From: an uncultured candidate division Zixibacteria bacterium
Lineage (GTDB): Bacteria > Zixibacteria > MSB-5A5 > GN15 > FEB-12
NCBI GenBank assembly: GCA_963735035.1
Contig: CAVTJJ010000006.1
Span: 448,001-512,000, forward strand
DNA: 64,000 bases
Direction of reading: 5' to 3'
Below the pieces are notes generated by a model. That model ran no database searches. It was given only the letters and a program-made list of their open reading frames with translations, and was not told the DNA's origin. The translations under genes were made by a program, and so were the position numbers. Below, in pieces: positions 52,437 through 59,933 of this stretch. Position 1 is the stretch's first letter. Each line of letters opens with the position of its first letter.

Positions 52437-54287
52437 TCAAAGACACGGCGCCAACGGCGCGTTCGAGATGTACAGATGATCGATGAGCAATGTAATGTCA
52501 CCGATCGTCAGATCATTATTAGTCGGTGTCGATCCACCCGACTGGTTGACGTCGCACTCCAGAAGGCACTCCAGGGGGAGGCTGCTAACGAAGAGGTGGG
52601 AGATCAGCATCGAAATGTCAGAAATCGTCGGCTCATAACCGCCGTCGCCGTTGACGTCGCCGACAATCCCCTGGCAGCAGTTGGATTTTACCGTCCCACC
52701 GTAAGTAACGGGGACGTAAGATCCTGCGGCGGCCGTGAATCCGATGCCATAACTCGCATACGAAGTGATTTCTATCGGGACGATTCCCTTCAAGGACGGT
52801 TGCATATTAGTGAAGAAGATATTGACGACTGGTCCGAAACCGGGCTCAAGATAGGCGCTGCCGACGGCGTTAATGGACACAGCTGCTTTGTTCTGGTTCT
52901 CGACCCAACTGAGAGTACGTGAAGTCATCGAACTACTACGAAGTCCGACCGTGGAAATGGAATCGAATCTGAGGTCGAAATCGCCCGTATAGCTGATCGG
53001 AAGGGTGATGTCCTTAAGTGGCAGATAGTTACGAACGTACACCGGGACCGAAATGTGGGTGCCGTCGAACCGAGCGTCCTGGATGTCCAACGTATCGGCA
53101 TATACGGAAACGAAATTGTTGAATTGCAGCTGATACAACTTTTCGGAAGTCTGCATATCGACCGAAACGGTCCTGAGTCCGGGATCACCGTAAACGTGGG
53201 TCGGTGTGGCGCCTGCTGCTGTGCTGCCATCACCGAAATTCCAATTCCAGTCCGTGACCGATTTGTGGGTTGAGCCCGTGAAATCGACCGACAACGGGGC
53301 CGGGCCAAGAACCGGGGTGGCTTGGATCTGGAACGGAATCGCCCAGTTGTCCAGAGCCGTGTTACTCCAGCAGAGGAGTCGACCTTGCTGTTGAGGGGTG
53401 AAAGTAGTGAGACACGACTGATTAGCGTACCCCATGTAGTTTTCCGGCATGGTGTACCCCCAGAGTAAACCGGAACAGGCATCATAGCCGGGGAAATTAA
53501 CGCACGGACCCTGGTTGGTGGGTGTCGGTGGGGTATCGGCGCAAAGATCACCGATCAGCGAGCTGGCGGACTGGGGGGGTTCGTAGCACTGGCTGCAAGC
53601 TGTTACTTCGTCGACGCCATGGAAGGTATGATAGAGGCCCAACGTATGGCCGACTTCGTGAGCGAAAACCCGATTGGGCAGTTCATTCCAATGAAAGTGT
53701 CCCATGACGATGCCGCCCGTAGGCTGCAGGGCGTCGAATGACCAGGGGAAGGTGCCAAAGGAATAGCTGAATTCGACCACTGTCACCCAGACGTTGAGAT
53801 ACTTGTCGGGCTCGATGGCGGTCGCAATCTTCATATCATTGATCTCGGATTCGGCCAGACTGCGCCAGGCCGTGGAATTGATCTGATGAATCTGGTAGAC
53901 AAACTGGATACCCATCGGGGCGTAATCGGCGTTCAGTTCGGCCACTTGTCCCGCGATATGCTCCGGTGTCGAAAATGGGTTGGAGCCGTCGTCAAGCGCA
54001 ACTGTATGTATGATCATTCTTACGTACTGCATCGGCTTCGGTGATCCGGGGATCCAGGTATCACGTACTGTCGGGTCGTCACAGGGGCTGTTTTGGTCGC
54101 AGGCTTCCGGAACTGCCGCGGCGCCGAAACGGGCCCGGTATTTCTGTTCGTAGACTTTCTGAGTACCGCACCAGTCCCAGCTACCATCGGGTGGGGGGGT
54201 AAACGCCTGAGCTAATATCGTAGGGGCGCAAATACCGGTTAAGGCTGTGAGGGCGAGCAGGATGTATCCGGAGTTCTTTAGAGTCAT
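52437..54287 (-). CDS. M43 (pappalysin/ulilysin-like) metalloprotease-PKD-cohesin-like-dockerin-like protein
   Basis: WCGT Cys switch, HEVGHTLGLYHTF, CADTPP, ENYMGY Met-turn, WNWNFGDG, CCQGIVGDVNGD tail. Confidence 0.9.
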   Translation of the reverse strand: MTLKNSGYILLALTALTGICAPTILAQAFTPPPDGSWDWCGTQKVYEQKYRARFGAAAVPEACDQNSPCDDPTVRDTWIPGSPKPMQYVRMIIHTVALDDGSNPFSTPEHIAGQVAELNADYAPMGIQFVYQIHQINSTAWRSLAESEINDMKIATAIEPDKYLNVWVTVVEFSYSFGTFPWSFDALQPTGGIVMGHFHWNELPNRVFAHEVGHTLGLYHTFHGVDEVTACSQCYEPPQSASSLIGDLCADTPPTPTNQGPCVNFPGYDACSGLLWGYTMPENYMGYANQSCLTTFTPQQQGRLLCWSNTALDNWAIPFQIQATPVLGPAPLSVDFTGSTHKSVTDWNWNFGDGSTAAGATPTHVYGDPGLRTVSVDMQTSEKLYQLQFNNFVSVYADTLDIQDARFDGTHISVPVYVRNYLPLKDITLPISYTGDFDLRFDSISTVGLRSSSMTSRTLSWVENQNKAAVSINAVGSAYLEPGFGPVVNIFFTNMQPSLKGIVPIEITSYASYGIGFTAAAGSYVPVTYGGTVKSNCCQGIVGDVNGDGGYEPTISDISMLISHLFVSSLPLECLLECDVNQSGGSTPTNNDLTIGDITLLIDHLYISNAPLAPCL

Positions 54288-54573
54288 CTGTTGGCTCCGC
54301 TTCGAGTTGACCCTTTAAGGATGCGAGTGCGTGGGAGGGTCATCAGTGGCAGGTATATTATTCAATATACTTGCCCAGGGCATTTTCGCAAAGGACTATA
54401 ACGGACTTGCAACACGAAACAGCCACGGCTGATCGGCTCAGGCCTTCAAGTGACTTACCTGTCACATCGGGCTACCCGATTTGGAGGCAATGGCGACGAA
54501 CAATCAGACGCCAATTGAGGGGCGGAAAGGCCAATGTTGGTCGCTTTAGTTGTTCGGAAACGAGAATTGAGTC

Positions 54574-54602
54574 TTGACGCAAGGTAATGAACCGAGTATA
54601 TT
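54574..54602 (+). promoter_or_regulatory. sigma-70-type promoter for the 55090 gene
   Basis: TTGACG-17-TATATT. Confidence 0.6.
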
Positions 54603-55089
54603 CGTGATTAGGGTACAGGGCGTCGTTCCGTTTATGGAACGATACCACGGACAGTGGGCTACATACATCTTCGAATCTACTTCCAGCACCTAAAGACGCT
54701 GGCCTCCCTGAGATAGTGCTTCTTGTTACTTCCGCACCACCGCAAGCGCAGGTGGTTACAGTGTCATGGATGGCAGCACGGAAACAGGGTTCCATTGCGC
54801 ATGTCGTTCAGAAACTTTCCGAATACCAGGCATACCACGGGTGTGGTCTGCTCATCTGACTATGTATACGCGGGCGGGGAAGTTCGGTTGCATTCGAAAA
54901 ACCAAGACAGGCTGAATAAACTGGTAACCGGAATTTGGTCATGGACCTTTGAAAGGAGGTACATCCAGGGAAAGAGGTGAGTTTTGTGACGAATTAACTC
55001 CTGTTCTGGATTAGAAAACAGGGACTACCGATTGTGAGCGTCGACTCTTTTCGGGGCGACGCCGAAACTATTCTCGAAAGGGTTCAAGA

Positions 55090-58000
55090 ATGTTAAGGAA
55101 ACTAGTAACGATTGCTTCCATCCTGTGTCTGCTGATAGTGCTGGCAGTCACAGTCGAGGCGAGGGTCGGAGTTTCGGCTGACCGTCAGGATGCGACCAAA
55201 CTTGAAAGCGTGGAACGCTTCAATGTTCGGGGAACGTATCCAATGATGTCAGTGTACTCCGATGGGGATCCCAAGACCCCCACCCAGGTCTCGGTAAATG
55301 CATCTCGCCCCCGCCAGTCGGTGGGTAGCGCTGTCGCGCCGGGCGTCGGTCCGGGCAAGGGCGTCAGTGTGGCGCTGACCTGGGACGACCATCAGGTGTT
55401 CTATCCGGTGGGCCGTCACATTCAGCATTATTGGAACGGTGCTATCGGCGAAACCGCGGAAGTTGAAGTTCACTTCTGCTATGAAATGTCAGACGACACC
55501 CTTAACAGTCCGTATGATACTCTGCCTAATCGGCAGACCGGCTACAATGTGTACAATGCTGTGGTGACATCGGGTAATTGGCCGCGCGGCCAGGACATCG
55601 GTTGTCAGTTGCAGTCAGCCGATACTATCGGATCGGCCAAGGGTGCAAACATGGTCATACGCCCCAACGGCCTTGTGACTCTGGTTGCGAACTCCCGTTT
55701 CTTTACCAAGAAGTTTCCGACCGGAACGTGGTTTGAAGATAACATGCTGTACTATCAGGGAGCACAGTGGAACTGCACTTACGATCCCAGGACGTCAATA
55801 AATGTTACCTTTATCGATTCCACGATCTACAAGCCGCTCTGGGCTCAGTCGTCTTTGGGTGGCAACCATTCCCGCTATCCGAGCATCGCGACTCAGGTTG
55901 ACGGTGGCGGCAACGTGGTTACGCACGTGCTGTTGGCCGAAAGCGAGGCCTTCGAAATCACGGGCAATCCCGGCTACTCTAATGACGTGGATTATCGGAC
56001 CTTTGCCTATTTCCGCAAGCTCGGCAACGGCCCGGCGGGAAGCTGGAGCTCCGGTGTGATCATCGACACCATTGAGCGCAACTTCGCCGATATGGTGGCC
56101 GATCCGTTTTCGGGAAGAGTCTGCATTGCTTACTCCAACCCGAGCTATTACGGCCGTCTGCTCAACAATGGTTGGGATAAGGACTGCTACTACCGTGAGT
56201 CCACCAACTACGGTGTGAGCTGGAATCCTAAAGTCAATATCACCAACTATCTGAACGCCATCGCCGGCGTTCCTCACTATTCGATGTACTACGAGACCCG
56301 TGCGCTCTATACGTCCGATGGCAACTTGCACATCTTGTTCCAGCAGACGCCGGGCTCGGCTGATCCGTATTTCGACGGCTACAACTGGTCCGATTTCAAC
56401 CAGGATATCGCCCACTGGGATCGCAACTCCAACGCCTACGTGAGAGTCGCCAATGGTACCTACATGAACGACGACTATCTTACGGGTTCGATCAATACGG
56501 TCCACTGCGGTTTCGGCGGCGACCCGGCTACCTACACTCAGTTCTTCAATCTCTCTGAGTGCGATGGCAAGCTGTACGCGGTCTGGAACCAGATTCATCC
56601 GTGGGCCAATGAAGGTGATTACAGAATCCAGCCGAACTTGTTGACCGACTGTGCCTACACCGGCCTTCGTCTCAACATGGCGAACTGGGAAATCATGATG
56701 TCGGTATCCAAGGTAGCTACGCCGACTCTCTGGGATCCGTCCCGCCACGTTTCCAACACTTTCACTCCTAAGTGCGGTCTTCCGGGTGATCCTCTGGCTA
56801 CCGGCGGCGTCTGCGGCAACGAGTATAAGCCGTACGTCGAACATTACGGTTTCGATGAAGCCGGACTCGACCTGACCTGGCCGTCGGCCGCCGTGGTTGA
56901 TATGACCCCGGCTGGTCAGCCTGCTTACGCGGGCGATTTCTACCTCAACGCCGAGTACATGGACGATCAGTTCCCCGGTGCGGCTGCGGATCTCGACGAT
57001 CGTAGTTCGAACGGTGTTTTCTCATTGAATTCGATGAAGTGGTTGCGTCTCGCTTGCGTTGAGCCGGTTGAGGCTTCTCTGATCGAAGTCAAACCGTACA
57101 ATATTACGTTCCCGACCTGGGTGCAATTTGGGACTTCCAAGTCGTTCCCGATCACGGTCAAGAACAGCGGAAACGTTACTTTGAACGTCTCCGAAGTTGG
57201 TACCTCGGGCGGCGGATGGCTCAGTGCCTCCATTACTCCGACTCCCGGCACTCCGTTCCAGGTAACGGCCGGCGTTGTGAATACCGCGACGTTTGATATT
57301 AACATCAACGCGGGCGGTATTTCCACGACTCAGTGGCTGGATGGTGTGGTCTACTTGCGTTCCGACGCGGCCAACTTCGATTCGGTCGGCATTCCGATCC
57401 ACGTTCTGGCTGCGGCCGATGTCGAGGATGTGGTGTGGGATACCGTCACGACTCACAAGTTCATGTTCGACCCGTTCTTTGAGCCCGAAGGCGCCTGTAT
57501 CGCTCTGGCGGTCAGCAACTTCGGCGAAATCGGTATCGGCGCTTACTCCAAGGGTGGCGTCAATCTCGATTACTCCGAGTCCAAACTCGAGTGCGGAACC
57601 CGTGAGCGCGATAAGATGTATCTCATGAGCGGATCGGCGTTCACTATGATGGCCACCAGCTCCGCTGGTGCGGGCGTCAAGTTGACCCAGACGTTCAATG
57701 ATGCCAACCAGCTGGACGAAACCGGATTTGATCCGATTGGTACCAAGGGCCACATTCGCGGCGACAGCACTGCGACCGGCGTGTACGATTCGGTCTACAC
57801 CGGCAAGTTCGTAAACCGCGATACCACCATTGCCATGGAGCGCTTCGTGTACGGTCCTCGCTCGACTACGCCGTCGACCGCCACTCTGAACTTCGTGGTT
57901 ATGCTGACCAAGGTTTACTCTGGAGACGGCGCGGCTCACAGTCACGTTACCATTGGTAACGCCTGTGACTTCGACGTCCCGGCTGACAGCCCACCGAACA

Positions 58001-58782
58001 ACAACAACGGTGTTTCGACGCCGGGCAGGTTTGTGTACCTTCAGGGCACCGACACTGCCGGCAGCGAGGCCTGTCAGACGAACTTGAACCGCTACGCGAC
58101 CGAAGCGTTCGGTGGCAAGTATACGCAGGCTCAAGTAAACTCTCCCTGCCTCGTCGACTCCACGTTCTACGCCTCCAGCGCCTTGTATCAACTGATAATG
58201 GAAGATACGACGCACCTTCGCAACGGTACCGCCCTCGTCCCGAAGCAGCCGAACCCGTCGGTTTGGTGGGCTGAGACCGGTGTGCCAGGGTTGAATGCCT
58301 CGGCTCTCCAGGATACCGATCTGGCTTTGATCACGACCTACGTTCAGGACTATTCCCTTGGCGCGACAGACACCCTGTATTTCTGGACGGTTCTGTCGAC
58401 CGTACGCAACGGATCGCTGACCGATCTTGAGAATCAGGTGGCTTATGCCAAGAGCTGGTTTGTTGAAAAGGTCCGTCGCTGCGTCCCGAACCCGGGCTGC
58501 TGTCTAGAAAAAGTCGGCAACGCCAACGGTACTGGCGGCGAGACTCCGACGATCGGTGACATCAGCGTGATGATCGATGCCAAGTTCATCACGGGTGCCT
58601 GTATTCCTTCTGGTCCGGGCGCCAACATCGTTTGTCTAGGTGAAGCTGACATGAACCTGTCCGGTGGTCAACACCCGACCTGTGGATCCATTACGATCGG
58701 TGACATTTCGCTGTTGATCGACTGTCTGTTCATTACAGGCGAGCCGCCGTTCGTTCGCAGCACCTGTATGTCAATAGACTAA
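55090..58782 (+). CDS. large secreted protein (Asp-box motif, Ig-like domain) with C-terminal dockerin-like module
   Basis: Signal peptide; YRESTNYGVSW; ITVKNSGNVTLNV; CCLEKVGNANG...TIGDISLLIDCLF tail. Confidence 0.8.
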   Translation: MLRKLVTIASILCLLIVLAVTVEARVGVSADRQDATKLESVERFNVRGTYPMMSVYSDGDPKTPTQVSVNASRPRQSVGSAVAPGVGPGKGVSVALTWDDHQVFYPVGRHIQHYWNGAIGETAEVEVHFCYEMSDDTLNSPYDTLPNRQTGYNVYNAVVTSGNWPRGQDIGCQLQSADTIGSAKGANMVIRPNGLVTLVANSRFFTKKFPTGTWFEDNMLYYQGAQWNCTYDPRTSINVTFIDSTIYKPLWAQSSLGGNHSRYPSIATQVDGGGNVVTHVLLAESEAFEITGNPGYSNDVDYRTFAYFRKLGNGPAGSWSSGVIIDTIERNFADMVADPFSGRVCIAYSNPSYYGRLLNNGWDKDCYYRESTNYGVSWNPKVNITNYLNAIAGVPHYSMYYETRALYTSDGNLHILFQQTPGSADPYFDGYNWSDFNQDIAHWDRNSNAYVRVANGTYMNDDYLTGSINTVHCGFGGDPATYTQFFNLSECDGKLYAVWNQIHPWANEGDYRIQPNLLTDCAYTGLRLNMANWEIMMSVSKVATPTLWDPSRHVSNTFTPKCGLPGDPLATGGVCGNEYKPYVEHYGFDEAGLDLTWPSAAVVDMTPAGQPAYAGDFYLNAEYMDDQFPGAAADLDDRSSNGVFSLNSMKWLRLACVEPVEASLIEVKPYNITFPTWVQFGTSKSFPITVKNSGNVTLNVSEVGTSGGGWLSASITPTPGTPFQVTAGVVNTATFDININAGGISTTQWLDGVVYLRSDAANFDSVGIPIHVLAAADVEDVVWDTVTTHKFMFDPFFEPEGACIALAVSNFGEIGIGAYSKGGVNLDYSESKLECGTRERDKMYLMSGSAFTMMATSSAGAGVKLTQTFNDANQLDETGFDPIGTKGHIRGDSTATGVYDSVYTGKFVNRDTTIAMERFVYGPRSTTPSTATLNFVVMLTKVYSGDGAAHSHVTIGNACDFDVPADSPPNNNNGVSTPGRFVYLQGTDTAGSEACQTNLNRYATEAFGGKYTQAQVNSPCLVDSTFYASSALYQLIMEDTTHLRNGTALVPKQPNPSVWWAETGVPGLNASALQDTDLALITTYVQDYSLGATDTLYFWTVLSTVRNGSLTDLENQVAYAKSWFVEKVRRCVPNPGCCLEKVGNANGTGGETPTIGDISVMIDAKFITGACIPSGPGANIVCLGEADMNLSGGQHPTCGSITIGDISLLIDCLFITGEPPFVRSTCMSID

Positions 58783-58805
58783 GCATGTCTCTTGACTGAA
58801 GTTGA

Positions 58806-58874
58806 GCTGGTGAAATCGCAGATTTCGCCGGCCATGAATAAGCGGTCATCCCAACTGGGATGGCCGCTTTCTCT
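58806..58874 (+). terminator. tandem hairpins, the second an intrinsic terminator
   Basis: GCTGGTGAAATC/GATTTCGCCGGC, then AAGCGGTCATCCCA/TGGGATGGCCGCTT followed by TCTCT. Confidence 0.75.
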
Positions 58875-59215
58875 AATAGTACGATAATTGTGCGACTCTG
58901 CGGCGTGTGGACCGTATTCCGTAAAGTTTTTACGCAATACCGCCGTAATCTTGCCGTATTGACCAAACCTGTAAATTGTGGCAATTTGTAATTGCGAACA
59001 GAGAACTTGGGACAGGATCATTGTGTCCAGGTAACCTGTTGCAGGAATGTAGTTTGGGCCATGGCGAGTCAGGCAATTTGTCTGCCTCGCCATTTTTTTG
59101 TGCCACCAAATTTCTCAGAATCCATATGTGAGATCAACCACTTTCAGTTGAAGCGAAGCCAACCTCATGGCTATGATTGAATAAATGGAGGAAGGGTGGT
59201 CATATGGAGATGAAA

Positions 59216-59289
59216 TACCGGGGGGCGGGATTGAACCGCCGACCCCCTGTTCCACAGACAGGTGCTCTAACCAGCTGAGCTACCCCGGC
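59216..59289 (-). tRNA. tRNA-His (GTG), atypical: no encoded G-1, G1-U72, A73, no encoded CCA
   Basis: GCCGGGG TA GCTC AGCTGGTTA GAGC A CCTGT CTGTGGA ACAGG GGGTC GGCGG TTCAATC CCGCC CCCCGGT A. Confidence 0.95.
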
Positions 59290-59301
59290 ATTCAGACAAC
59301 C

Positions 59302-59329
59302 AAGTTAGCTATTCGGCCTGACATGTCAA
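59302..59329 (-). promoter_or_regulatory. sigma-70-type promoter for tRNA-His
   Basis: TTGACA-16-TAACTT ending 12 nt before G1. Confidence 0.55.
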
Positions 59330-59390
59330 GACCTGAAGTGGTTCGAGGGAGGCGAGTTCGGTTCGCGGTTCTTGATCGCGGACCGCCCCC

Positions 59391-59426
59391 AAAGACAAAG
59401 CCAACCGATTCCAGCCCGGTCGGCTT
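59391..59426 (-). terminator. intrinsic terminator after the HesB-like gene
   Basis: AAGCCGACCG/CGGTTGGCTT stem followed by TGTCTTT on the minus strand. Confidence 0.6.
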
Positions 59427-59450
59427 CTATGAATGATACATTTGATCGCG

Positions 59451-59777
59451 CTAACAGCCGCTACAGCCGCCTTCGCTGCAATCACCCGGTTGACCGGCGC
59501 GGATAATGTAGCCACCGCCTTCCGGACGGGTCACATAATCAATATTTATGGCGCCAAGATCTGACAGGGCTTTCTTCAGGTCCGGGGCAATAAATGCGGT
59601 CACGCCGTTGTTTTCCAACTTCTCAAGCTTATCGATTGACTCTTCCAGAGCCATTCCCAGGGTTGGACCGCTTCACCCATATCCTTGAAAGAATATGATT
59701 AGATGCTTTCCCTTCGCTTGAGGGGAGTCCAGCACAACCTTAAGCTGACTGCTGGCTGAATCGGTAACAGATAACAT
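59451..59777 (-). CDS. HesB/IscA-like selenoprotein, 108 aa, UGA at codon 35
   Basis: GAGGA SD; MLSVTDSA...IIFFQGYG-UGA-SGPTLGMALEE continues in frame into ORF 59451-59654 ending CSEGGCSGC. Confidence 0.88.
59637..59653 (-). promoter_or_regulatory. candidate bacterial SECIS hairpin
   Basis: TGGCTCT-GGA-AGAGTCA; G-led apical loop 26 nt downstream of the UGA. Confidence 0.65.
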
Positions 59778-59933
59778 TATTTCAATTTCCTCAATCTAAG
59801 TCTCCAAACATCAACTCGAAAAATAACTCAACTGTTTCCGTAAAGCCTCAAAAAACTCAAACCGTGGTCGGAGTCATATTGTATTGATCGACTAATGCAC
59901 AAACAAAATGTAGCTCCGCCAGGTTAGGTCACC

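Noticed and set aside
54288..55089. c-di-GMP or other known riboswitch in the long intergenic region
   Set aside because: No GGCAAAC...GAAA...GACGCAAAG or other recognisable consensus found by eye
55795..58215. Long antisense ORFs (349 and 397 aa), and similar ones at 15031..15939 and 27005..27874
   Set aside because: Mirror frames of GC-rich genes; no motifs or independent signals
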